A DNA stretch of 64,000 nt from Bugula neritina (lineage: Eukaryota > Animalia > Bryozoa), in assembly GCA_964035545.1 (NCBI GenBank), contig OZ037765.1, positions 21,699,504 through 21,763,503 on the forward strand, written 5' to 3'. The notes beneath the pieces were generated by a model that saw nothing but the letters and a program-made list of their open reading frames with translations, was not told the origin of the DNA and did not search any database. Both the position numbers and the translations under genes were made by a program. Below, piece by piece: positions 39,905 to 52,400 of the stretch (positions are counted from its first letter, which is position 1; each line of letters starts with the position of its first letter).

Positions 39905-42897
39905 CTAATAGATTATCACATCTGAACATTGGTAGTAGATGGCAACAGGTGGAGCCATGGAAGCATTGTTAGTCACATAAGCCACCTACAAATATTAAAC
40001 AGTGTATTACTTTATGTTTCACAATCGAAAATGCAAGCAACTATAAACTACTCCCACATGCTTGCAGATGGAGATGTGGCTTGAAAACTGTATAGCCATC
40101 GTTATATTAGTAAAATAAGTACAATTATCTTGTGGCTTTTAGAAAAATTTCTCCCGAAAATATGTCTTATATATATACATATAGTTAAAAATTGTTATTC
40201 GTGTGAAATGTGAGGCCTGTTGTTTGATCTTTTCTTTTAGGCTTGAATTATTAGTGCAGTAGACAAAAGCTTCCTCAACTCAGCTGGCTGATGGTAAAAA
40301 GCTTTTAATAACTATGACAGAATAATGTACTGCAAATGCTACTATAATAACGATGCAAAGATGAGATTTACAAAAAAATTAATGCGCATGTGAGGATAAA
40401 GGGAATTCATGTGACCTGTTATCATTTCTGATATACACATATCTATATTCCGTTTATTGATTTCAAAATGTCCTAGTGTTTTAGGGCATTTGAGTACAGT
40501 GAACACAACAAGATTTTTTAGTATACAAACTATTGGCGTGGATAGAACAATAAATAATTAGAAAGAGCATTTTTCATAAAATGACAAAAGTTATTATAAT
40601 GCAGCGCCCTTATGCTGTGCCACAAACTAGCACAGGAAATGCTTCTAGCATATTATAATGGGTGTAGAGCATGTCACAGGCTGACTAATAAAGACAGAAT
40701 AAAGCTGCTGTCTAGTGTAAATACAACCACGACTATCATAGTGAAAGTTATGTTGCTGGTACATCATCTAGTTTGACTTATTAGATATTCGTATTTAAGT
40801 TTACTGAACAGTTCTAAAAAGTGACCGCCAATAGTTGAGCATTCAAAGAAATACAACGAAGTTGTTGTTTATTGCTTATGGTAAACTTTTTCCTGGATAT
40901 AAAAGACCAACTCATGCAAAAAAGCTATAAGCAAAATTGTGTAGCCACATAATTAATTTACTGAAGTCATCAACAAATAAAAAAACATAAATCAAAGATT
41001 TGAAAATTTCTACTAGTTCTCATTTGTCAATAATGTTCCAACCTATTACATTTATATAAAGGCTTTATTTACAAGTATATGTCTGTAAGACAGCTTTTAT
41101 GTTTATGAAATTGTTTATAACTTTGTGCAGTATTAAAGTTTGTTTTGCATTTTTAACAGATTAAACCAAAGGGTTGAGAGATATATATGAATATGTTACT
41201 ATACCGTAAACATTGCATAACATTGCTTGAAAAATGTACGTAAAACCTTATGATAATTTAACATGCTTGGAAAATACTAGTAGCAGGTTTATATCTTGAA
41301 TAAATATATAAACACTAAATAAAAATAAGAATTAAACAATGTTATAAAGATAATTAAGAGAATATAAAAGACAGATTATTGTAAACTGTATGAAGCTTAC
41401 TGCTGATTGGTTAGTATGTTAGCTTGAACTCCAACTTTGCAATTTTTCAATTTGCAAAACTAAATTTCCTAAATCTAAGAAAACACTCTCTCTAAATCTT
41501 TTCACACAAGACTGTAATTGAATGGTTAAAGATACTGGTTTAGCCTGACACATATATTAAGCAAATAATAATCGTTCCTTGCCACATTGAAAATTCTCAG
41601 TTCATATTGTTAGTATAGTTTACATTAAATTATAGACCCCTTCTACCCCCACAATCACTCTTCTCATCATGATGGCAACTTAAACAAAGTGAGTTTTATT
41701 ATCATGCTTTTTAGTTTTACCTGCACGATTCTTTTTGAGTGATTCATGACAGGTGGAACTATTATATCTTCAGAAAACAAATGCAAGTTTTTCTCCCCTC
41801 TGTCCTTGACACGCGCTACTTCTACGAAAGATTGCTCATCCACTCCGAAACTAACTGTGAACCATCCCTAAGAAATGAAACTATTATACATGTAATGATG
41901 TAATGCCCGGTAATAACAGCAAATGTTCACACACCAAATATGATAACATTTCAGTATAATCGAAATAAAAATAACAATTGGATATATTTAGCACTTACTG
42001 GTGTTTTGTAATCAATGTGGTCCAAGTTCTTCTGAAATATGATTGTGTACACACTCCCAGCTCTAAATTACACATATAATAATAAAAAGAAGCAACCTTA
42101 AACACATTCTAATTAGCATCATATAACTTTGTTTAAAATATATGCACAAGTTTTTCTCAAATAAACAAAAAATTCAGACTGGTAATACGTACTGTAGATA
42201 GGTGGTGCTGTTCTCAGCTGGTTTTGCCCCACATGGTGGAATCACACGGTAACAGTCATGTGAACCTGCAAAAATCTAACACAAGTCAGTGATAAACAAA
42301 ACCCAGAAAACGTTCTTGACTCTTGGTACAAAGTTATGTGTATGTTTACCAATATATTGCTTTTATTTACAGTTTTTAAAATGAAGACAGCCATTTATAT
42401 AGATTGCAAAACTTATGTGTATTTAATTCATTAGATATTTTACTTTTAAGTTCACCTTTTGAAAGTGTTTTTACGTATAGATTTTGACTTTTTATTATAT
42501 GTATAATTTTATATAAGTTTTAAATTTGAAATCTGCAGTTGCTAATAAATGCAAAGCTTTGTATATATTACAAAAACTTATCTAACATTTTAAAAGATAT
42601 TTTAGTGATTAATGTGACAACTACTACTCTATGCTATATAGGATACACATTGATAGCTTATCAATATCAGAGGTCCTATATTGTGTTAACTTAATATATT
42701 TTTTGCGAAAATATTGAAAAAGTGAAATCAGTGTCACATTGTACAATTGAAATTCTTAAATAATTTATAGTTTTGCTTATGAACTTACGCAAGCCATTTA
42801 CAGTTGGTCCGAGTGAACTTCTCTGAGGAGGATTCAGCATACAAAGATGGCAGGAAACTGCAACTACACCGGCAAGTAATAAGATAAATCTTGACAT
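39905..42897 (-). CDS. Secreted His-brace LPMO-like protein, paralog E (157 aa)
   Basis: Exons 42789-42897, 42193-42265, 41999-42062, 41721-41867, 39905-39985. Product: MSRFILLLAGVVAVSC|HLCMLNPPQRSSLGPTVNGLRSHDCYRVIPPCGAKPAENSTTYLQAGSVYTIIFQKNLDHIDYKTPGWFTVSFGVDEQSFVEVARVKDRGEKNLHLFSEDIIVPPVMNHSKRIVQVAYVTNNASMAPPVAIYYQCSDVIIY*. Confidence 0.85.
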
Positions 42898-43330
42898 GTT
42901 TGCAGCTTAAGTTTGATGTCCAGCTTTCCTATAGCAAACTACTGAGCAAATTCAGCAGCACCCAAAGGATGTGGGTAGCAAGACAAAGGTATACATGGTT
43001 GAGCAGTGACTACAAATTTACATCCTTTGAAGCATGAAAAACACACTCTTTAGTCTAAAAGAACGAATCATCACAGATGGGGGCCTGAGATATTTTTGTT
43101 TATGCTGGTCACCGCGTACTAGAGTCAGGGAAGGAGTGAGCTACTATTCCCGCCTTATTCTAATGTCACTTCACACAGTAATACTTCCTTCTTATTTCTT
43201 CTTTTCCTTCTTAAGGAAATAATGCTTGAATGTCAGTGTTATACTGCTTATACATAGTTGCTACCATTAAAGCAACATTTTTTGTATTATTACTATATAT
43301 ATACCTGTATTATATAGTAATAATACAGGT

Positions 43331-43341
43331 ACACACACACA

Positions 43342-43425
<84 letters not shown>

Positions 43426-43612
43426 CACACGCACACACGCACACACATATATATACGTATATAGTGTGTCTGTGTGCGAGTGTATGTGTGTGTGTGACGT
43501 GTGTGTTCGTGTATGTGCTGCGTGCGTGTGTATGTGCGGGTGTGTGTGCGGGCATGTGTGTGTGCGTTTGCGTTGTGTGTGGATGTGTGGGTGCTTGCAT
43601 GTGTATGTGTGT
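43331..43612. repeat. (GCAC)n/(AC)n followed by degenerate (GT)n microsatellite
   Basis: Direct reading. Confidence 0.95.
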
Positions 43613-44121
43613 TGATGAGAGGATAAGCATAATGCAAATGTATCGGCGTGCTCACAATAATTACTAATTGGTAAGATAACTCCATATACACTTTTAAAAA
43701 TGAGTGGTAAAGAACAGAATTATGTATATTGCAAGTTAACTTTAACAAATGATAAGATTCAATTCTTATGGGAGGTAAAAATGGTGTTAGAATATTATAG
43801 AAGTTATAGGACCTAAATGAAGATTGTGACAAATATTTTTCACACATGCACACACAACTTCCTACTTTTTAGTAAATAAATTCAAAATGTTTGAAGTTAA
43901 TAGTTGTGGGCCAAACGAGTGGTTTTGGTTTTACTACTTGAGCTCTAATCTTATCAACCACTACAATCTCAGAAATTTCAATAGAAGCTTAAAGGTTTGT
44001 TGTCTGACATTGCTATCTCATTATATGTTAGTTTACCACAATGTGCCCACTGATAGCAGACTTGAAATACTACTCCTTAGTTATTACTAAATAACAAGTT
44101 ATCTGCTCGGTACCTTTCATT

Positions 44122-47100
44122 ATGGAAATAAAATTAGATTCTGAGTCTGAGCCATTCATTGAATATCTGAAGAAGGTGGGGCCTGTAGACATCACACAAC
44201 CGCTGGACACAATACGATTATATAATGAAATTGGTGCTGAGAAGTTGAAAGGGAAATTCCAATTTAGAGGGACAAAAGAAGAGGCTTTCATTTCATCTGT
44301 GGACAATTTTACTCAGTATGATATACCAGTGACTGTCCTGAAGCCACCCCAGCAGAAGATATGCAAACATATAGTGATATTCTTTCATGGTGGGGGATTT
44401 ACCTTTGGCAGCCGTAACACTCATATGAAGTTTACAGAAATGATTTGCCAGTAAGTGCTTTCGTGTGTATTTATATATGATATATTTGTGTGTGTGTGTG
44501 TGTGTGTGCGTGTGCGTGTGCGTGTGTGTGTGCGTGTGCGTGTGTGCGTGTGTAAAATTCACATCGCTTATTAGGCTTGTATAAATTGCATTATATTTCA
44601 ACTCTTGTAACCGACAGAGTTTGTGAGTGTGTAGTGGTGAACGTGGAGTACAGACTGAGTCCTGAACACAAGTTCCCAGCCTGTTATGTTGATGCTGAAA
44701 CAGTGGTGAGATGGTGTCTGAATAATAAGAAGAAACTCTCTGGTAGTGACTCAGCTTTAGTAGGTGTGGCCGGAGATTCTGCTGGGGCCAACATATCCGC
44801 GTCAGTCTGCCATCTTGTTGAGGGACTTGACTTTCAGGTAAACAACTGTGCGATAATGCAGATATTTGAGGGATTATAGTACTAGTTTTTGCTTGCGATG
44901 CTTTAATTTATACGTCCAGTAACTTCTGTTTATGTACTAATTTTGTTATCATTTATTTTAATACAGCACATGTTACATTATATGACCTATAAAACTACAA
45001 CTATATATGAATGAAGCAAAGTTAGTAAACCAAAAAAATTGCTATATTCCTCATTGCAGAGTAATTTGTTGATCTCGCTCATATTTTTATAACCATTATA
45101 CACTTACTAATTTCTATGCTTATTAAAAAGGCAGCATAATGGTATATAGAACATATTATTTTATAGATTTTGATATATCCTTCTCTAGACATGTCCCCAA
45201 ACTCCAAATACTCGTCCTATCTTACATATGGTGAAAGTTTCATGCTTACCAGAGAACTGATGCTTTGGTGAGAGTTTACTTGAATTCCTAATATTGAAAT
45301 CGGCATCTTGCAATTTAGATTTTAATATTTACTCTAACAGGCCTGTCTCACAGTAAGTTGAAGTAACAAATAATTTGTAAATTCAAAAAGATGAAGTATA
45401 GTGTCGAAAATTGAGTTATGTCTTCATGGTGCAACATTACAAACGAAATAAAATAATTTCACTGGAAACATTGTATACTGCATAGCACTGAAACCATGTA
45501 CTATTTTTTGGTCTGAATATTTATGAAATGGCATCAACATTACTTTATGTGGTCAATTAAGATGATGCTTACTGCATGAACTATTATACTTTAATGTATT
45601 TACTTACATCTGAACTACCACATATGTATGTATATTAATTTATACTGGAGCCTATAAATTTATATTATGCTTTTAGAACTTTTACTATTTTGTAACAGTA
45701 AGTTTTCTCAATGAACTCCTTATTAGGGGTTATGTCCTTTGCATGCTAAAACTGGGCAGATAACTTCAAATTTGCCCCTCATTTCATAATAATTATTACC
45801 CTATAGCAGGGATGGGCAAATGGCGGCCCGCGGGCCACATCAGGCCCTTCTACTGTTTTAATCAGGCCCTCAGCCAATCACTAGCAATTCTAATAATGTG
45901 TGTACTAAGCAACACTGGCCAATCATGAACATGACTCATGAGAAGATTCTGGCCAATGCATAGCTGCTGAAACTAATGATCACGCTTCAGTGAGCACAAT
46001 TATAGCAGCATTACAACTTGAGCTATGTGATATCCAGATCAATTTATCACTTTGCTGCAACAACAGTTAGCTTTTATACTTCACCAGTAACCAGTGAGAA
46101 GTACCCTTCAATAGCTAAACTTGGACTAAGAGTACTGAGCATATTTGGTTATACTTATAAATGTGAATGCATGTTTTCTAGCATGAACCATATAAAAATA
46201 GTAATAGAACACGCTCACCAATGGGCATCAGCAAGATTTGCTTCGAGTAGCCACACATGAACCCATTACTAGCAGTGACATTAGTGCTATTATGGCTAAC
46301 AAAAGTGTTTTTCATACTTCTCACTAATTCCAGTACTATAAGTGTACCCAATATATTATTTGCTGCTTTCTTGCTTAGGAAACTATATACAACTTGTTAA
46401 ATTAATAAACTGTCATAACTTTTGTATTCTGCATCTACAAGCTACATTCTGCAATTTATACTTTCAGCCCAGGAAACTGGAAAAAAGCAATTTATATATG
46501 CACTTAGTAATACAGCATTGTAGGGGGAAGCACAACAGTCATAGGGGTACAAAAAGCCGGCCAAATTGTGAGAGAACTTATTGACTTAGAGTTGTAGTTT
46601 TTTTTAATAAAAAGGTATTGACATAATTATTCAGCCATTGTAGTTTCAACACTTGGGGAGCATACATGTTGAAGAGGCAAGTCAAAAACTGTTTTTACCT
46701 AATTTTTTGTAAATTTTTGAAGATGTCGTTAAAGCCTTATAACTTTTTACACTCAAAGGTAACCAGCCTAGAGTTTACTGATATTGTTGCCATTGCTTGT
46801 CTCTACATTGCTTAACTAGTGAAACAGCAAACTCTAAAATAAATTTTCCTTTAGCCACACTTATTTTCAACTTGGCCACATGGGGCACAATGGGCCACCT
46901 GATCATTGCACCCTGATCACTGTTATTAGTTTGTTTGCCCAAAGAGTTAGATGACATGTTACAAAAATCTATAGATATCATGGTAAGACTACCAAACTGT
47001 AAGGTGAAGCTCCCCTAATATATACATCTGGAGAGGTTATAGCTTTGCCATTTTATACATCATACAAAACACTCTGCTGTTGCTACTATAGTGGATAGTC

Positions 47101-49282
47101 ATGATATTCATTATAATATGTTATATCATTGAGGGAATATACATGTATTTGACTAAAATAAATTGCGATTTGCTCATTTTCTCCCCCCTCCCCTTCCGTG
47201 CTTCAGTCACGAACCTCAGCCATGCACCTTAGCTACAGTTCATAGAAAAAAGTCCACTCGGAATTTTGTAATACATGTTACTGATGAAAGTTCCTGTGAA
47301 GTGGAAATAGAAAAAACATTTTTAGTTCTAAACAGTAATGATAATGGCACTGCAGAACCGAGTGATGTGCATTTGATTTTGCTTTCCTCTGCTATCCGTA
47401 GTGGCACAAACTGTACAGCTAAAACATGAATTTTGCTTTAGATCTAAAAAAATGTTTTATTTATTTGTAATATTAAATAAATAAAGATCAGATGCAACAA
47501 AATCAGCAAAGTTTCAATATATTTGTTGTGTCCCACCCAGTGGTCAATTGTACCCCGGTACTGGGACACAATGGGCCATTATTTTTGACATGAAAATTTT
47601 CTTATTCTGAAAGTTGTGAAAGAGATAGATTAACAACCAACTGATACCTATAACAGACAACAGATGCAAGATTTAGACTAGAGATTATTGAACTAGTAAC
47701 TTGAAAAACAGACAAATGAGAGCAAAAAATTCAAAATTCGGCCGGTTGTGCCCCCCCCCTCCGTTACCCCTGTACCTTGAATTGACAACGAGCAAGCCTG
47801 GCCCTTCTTACGCCTTAAATCTTGAGATCTGGCCCCATTTCGAAAACATTTGCCCATCCCTGCCCTATAGGCTACTCTTAGGCAACTTTTAGGTTATCAA
47901 CTTTGCTGCATATATTACAACAAAGGAAAAATGTGACTGCCTACAATAAGCAAGAGTGCTTTATTATTACTTAATCCTTACATAGTAAAGTTTGTTATAT
48001 CAAACCAATGCTTAATTGAATTACATTGTAGGACTATTCTGCACCAATTAGCCTTTTCCGGTGACAGATTTAAATTTACCAAAATGCATATTATTTTTGT
48101 GTTTTAAAATTTTATAAAAAATGCATTAGCTCACAGCCATATTAATCTTTAGTAACTCGCAACAAAATATTTTACAACCAATTTTTCTCATTTCTAAATT
48201 ATAATTTATATCTTTACTTATAGGTTTGCCAATAATTTCTTAAATAGCTTGAAAGATGCAGAAGATCCTTTATGTTCGCCAATGAAAAGAAATTGTTTCA
48301 CTGGTCTACCACCTGCCTTGTTTATAGTGTCTGAGATTGATCCCTTAGCAGATCATAGCAGAGGTGTGAGTTTTCATAAACATATTCCAGAATAAATAAT
48401 TATCCAAGATTTTCTAAATGCATGTTAGCTAAACATACATAATAAAGATGGATCCCAATTATTTTAGAGTACAACAAGAAGTTGAAAAGTGGGGGAGTAA
48501 AGACACAGTTCGTACTTTTGCAAGGAACAATACATGGATTTGCTGCTATGCCAGGTAAATAAATAGGCACTGAGCTAATAACATGAAATTGTTATACTAT
48601 TTTCCATTAGCTTTATATAGCACAACCACTTTAAAAGTAAACGATATGTTAATGTTGAAACATGGATGAAATATCAAAACATTCTTAATTATGTTTTACT
48701 AAGCCCTAATGGGTCATTCTCGCAGCGAGTTTTCGCTTTTATTACAATTTTCGCCATAGCAAAATCGGGTAATTTAGATTTCTAGGTTAAAACTTCATTA
48801 TTGAAAATTAACATTTAGTGGCAGCTTACCAAAAAATAAGTAATCTCACAAAATTGTTTTATTACAAAATGGAAGGCCAAAGACACTATAGATGCAGCCT
48901 ACTTTTACGAATAATTGTAATTAACAGATTCAATCACAACTTGTTATTTTGCATGGCCAAACCTCAAACAAGCCGTATTAACAAACTGATGCTCATGGTG
49001 TGACTTATTCTTTTTATCACAGCCTGGTTCTCCAACTAATTAATGGATTATTAGAGTTTTGGGAGAAATTGAGGCACTTTAATTTTTCCTTAATTCAGCT
49101 TTTTCTATCAGTCTAGAAGTATTATTATTTGTTTTAAAAAAGAATGAGAATTTTTTCAGCATTGTAGTCTGTAGCATGCTAGGGTGTATTTACATGTTGG
49201 TAATTGGATTTTTGCAGGTCATTTCAAGAAAACCACAGAAAAGTCGTTGAAACATATATCAACATTTCTTTCAAGGTTATAG
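44122..49282 (+). CDS. Hormone-sensitive-lipase (GDXG, Abhydrolase_3) family carboxylesterase, ~313 aa
   Basis: Exons 44122-44450, 44618-44837, 45167-45267, 48224-48363, 48468-48554, 49218-49282. Motifs: HGGGF oxyanion hole, VEYRLSPEHKFP, GDSAG nucleophile, LIYP, GLPPA...EIDPL (catalytic Asp), HGF (catalytic His). The start codon is tentative. Confidence 0.9.
44488..44552. repeat. (GT)n/(GTGC) microsatellite in esterase intron 1
   Basis: Direct reading. Confidence 0.9.
45807..47862 (+). mobile_element. Non-autonomous hAT (Charlie/Buster-like) DNA transposon in esterase intron 3
   Basis: Perfect 16-bp TIRs CAGGGATGGGCAAATG / CATTTGCCCATCCCTG. Perfect 8-bp TSD CCCTATAG (45799-45806 and 47863-47870). 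GGCCCGCGGGCC subterminal motif. Remnant hAT dimerisation domain KYPSIAKLGLRVLSIFGYTYKCECMFSSMNHIK (~46100-46200). Confidence 0.92.
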
Positions 49283-49468
49283 AAAAACAACAAAATTATA
49301 TGAATTAAAATTTAAACAGTTAATACATTTGGAATGGAATAAATTTATAACAGACGTAAGATATTATAATATTTATTATATATCGCAAAATTAATAAAAC
49401 AGAAGTATAACAATGACCATATAACATGAGAGTGAGGCTACAGATCTAGTTGTCCTTTTTATCTTGTC

Positions 49469-52400
49469 CTAGTTAGCTTTTCCTTCAGGTTTCTCTGTTA
49501 CTGGCTCAGGGTTATCTTCATACCTAAAATAGTTTCAATGGTGATGCACTGTCAAAATCTGCACTGCGACATATTAACCTTCGATAGTTGAGAGATGAGA
49601 CATTGTAAATAATGTGTTATGCACCAATGGCAGCAAATTAACAGCAAATTATTGCAAAGCATCTCCAGTTGCATTGTAATTTCATAACAACTTCATCCAT
49701 TATAGCTTGTTACTTCAGCCAGTAACATTAATGATAAATACAACTCACGCAAACATTGGTTTAAAGTCTCCCTTGACCAGAGATAATCCAACAGGAATGA
49801 GGGTGCAGCAAGGGACCAGGTAGAGAAGGGCGGGCTACAAAAACATTCTCCAATAAATAATGCAAAAACTTGTAGCTTAGCAAAAAGTTGTCAGGTATAC
49901 AATATTCATTTATACTTGTGTAATGTGTGCTATTTATATGTATACCTTGTATCAACTATTATGTAATGTTATGTAATTGATGTTAACACCTGCTAAGTTG
50001 GACCAGTTTTGCACTGTCTGTGCAAGTTGTATGTAATGTAAAATATAGAGCAAACTATTTAACAACAACTAGTGTTAGGTATTCAATGAATTACGGACTT
50101 TAAATAATTTCTTTTAGAAAATGTGTCAATAAAATTGCTTATTTCAAATGCAGTGCAGCAAATGAAAAATTTATGGATAAAGCACTTTAATATATACATA
50201 TAGACATTATATAACACTGCCTGATTATTATACACTTATCTGTTCTGAATAAGGTACTGTCATCAAAACACACCTGTGCATGTTTGAAGTAATGCATGAC
50301 GAAAATGGTCAAGCCTAATCCCAAAATATAGGCTAAGTAGCAGGCATAGAAGTAAACTTTGGAACCATATCCACGGCTACAAGTAATAGAAGGATAAACA
50401 GCACAATGATATAAAAATAATTCCACAAAAGTGTGTTAACATCTAGTTTTCAATCAAATTAAAGCTTCACATGTGTCTAATAACAGGCATAAGGAAAGCA
50501 CAACATAGTAGCCCTGCCGCACTGCCACCAAACAGGTGTAGCAGAGGTGCTAAGTCTAAATTGACTTAGAACTCAGATTAATTCATTGATAATCAAACTA
50601 AACGGAAATGGTTGAGACTTGATTTTTTAAACACAAAATGATGTTTTGTAGCAAGAAGATGTACTCAATCCATTAAGCATTGAGATAAAAAATATTTTGT
50701 AATGTAGGAGAGGAGGAGTATTATAAAAAACATATATTACACCTGAATGACAATGTTTCTATGACTTCTTTTCCAGAATTATACAATGCATTCTTACAGA
50801 TAGAATGCATTTATGTTAAGTAGACTGAGAAATTTTTTAGTTTTCTAATCGCATTTACTAGAAGTGGCACTCAGAACAGACCCCTATGTTACTGAACACT
50901 ATATGAATCATGTTCATCACATCAAGTACACATAAAAGACACTTACCTATAATCAAATCTTAGAAGCAAAGCAATAAATATCCCTGGAATAACAATATCT
51001 CCAAGCCCAAGCATGGCAAAATTCTTAGCAGCCAAACCATTCTCAATTAAATCTTGAGGAAATACCACTAGAATAGAGTAAAATATAACATTATTATACT
51101 TTAGATTACAAAAGAACAAACTCATTAGGTTCCCATACTTTGAATGGACCCGAATAGATGGATTTGTGGTTGCGTTAAGCTAGTGTTGTGGTTTCATTCG
51201 ATTGACACTGTTCTCATGCATAAATGAAAAATTTATTTCCACAATGCGAAGCATGGGGACATAGTTATACAGTACCACAGTAAAAGTTAAAAAAAGAATA
51301 TATGAGTATTCAATAATACAACTACCCACACTTGATTGGTGCATCAAAGGACTTAGCAACAGTAACCATGACATCTGTGCCAAACACCTACAGAGTAATA
51401 TAAGTATCTCAGCAAACAAAAGAGAGATAAAAATTATATTAAATAGATAAATTAGTAAATGTAACAAATACAAGGTATTCTAGTTTTTAGTAAATTTTGA
51501 CTTACCCAAAATATGTCATAGAAAAATAGACCGCCTAGCAGAATGCACCCGATCATCACAGTGTTCAACTGCAGGATCTCTATTCCGTTGACCGCAAAAG
51601 CTAATCCAAGTACATTATTTGCCACCCAGTGCTACAAAATCAAAACCTATATACAATATATATAACACAGCTGAATGGAATAACATAATTTTTCCTTTCA
51701 CACAATATCATACTTACAAGCTTTCTAAAAAATAAATATTTATATAAAACTCTATCTGAGTTATCAAACATGTTAGTCATTATTACAATCATACATAATA
51801 TATTAAAATATTTTAAATCAACTTATTTTACTTTCCTAATAATTTAATCGTGTTATGGCAAAAAAATGCACTACTATATTATTAAAACACATTCATCTAT
51901 ATACTTCAAAAACCACCGACTTACCTTTTGAATAACATACCAAACACCGAAAACAGAGCATATTGCAAGTACAACCAGATCTTTCCTGTCAAACTTACAG
52001 TCCAAATGCTCTGAAAGAAAATCAACATACCAGATGGTCAACAGCTGTGTATTAAAAACAAATGACTCAAGCAAGTCTTTAGAATTTTTTTTTATATTCA
52101 CCAATGCATTATATCTAGTTGAAAAAATTTAAATAAGGCTGATTATATTTTGCACAATAACCAGTTGCATGAAAGTGGTTGACTACTACACACCTTCCAT
52201 AGCTTCCCCTTCACCTTCAGTGAATTTCAAATGGTATTTGCTGTTTGGAAATGATTCTGGTATTAGCTTCTTCAGCCATGGCCTAAAACATTTTAAATTA
52301 TTATCAAAACCTTACAACATTCAACTTATTTTCTGATTAAACTATTTAAACTTTTATAGAAAATCCAACCTGAGTGATATGTGCTGGACAATAACAAGAA

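Noticed and set aside
43230-43853. HART/CVRA-repeat ORFs
   Set aside because: Translations of (GCAC)n/(GT)n microsatellites.
48711-49150. GGGTCATTC start resembling the Sola2-like terminus
   Set aside because: Match is only 9 bp and no corresponding right end or TSD was found.
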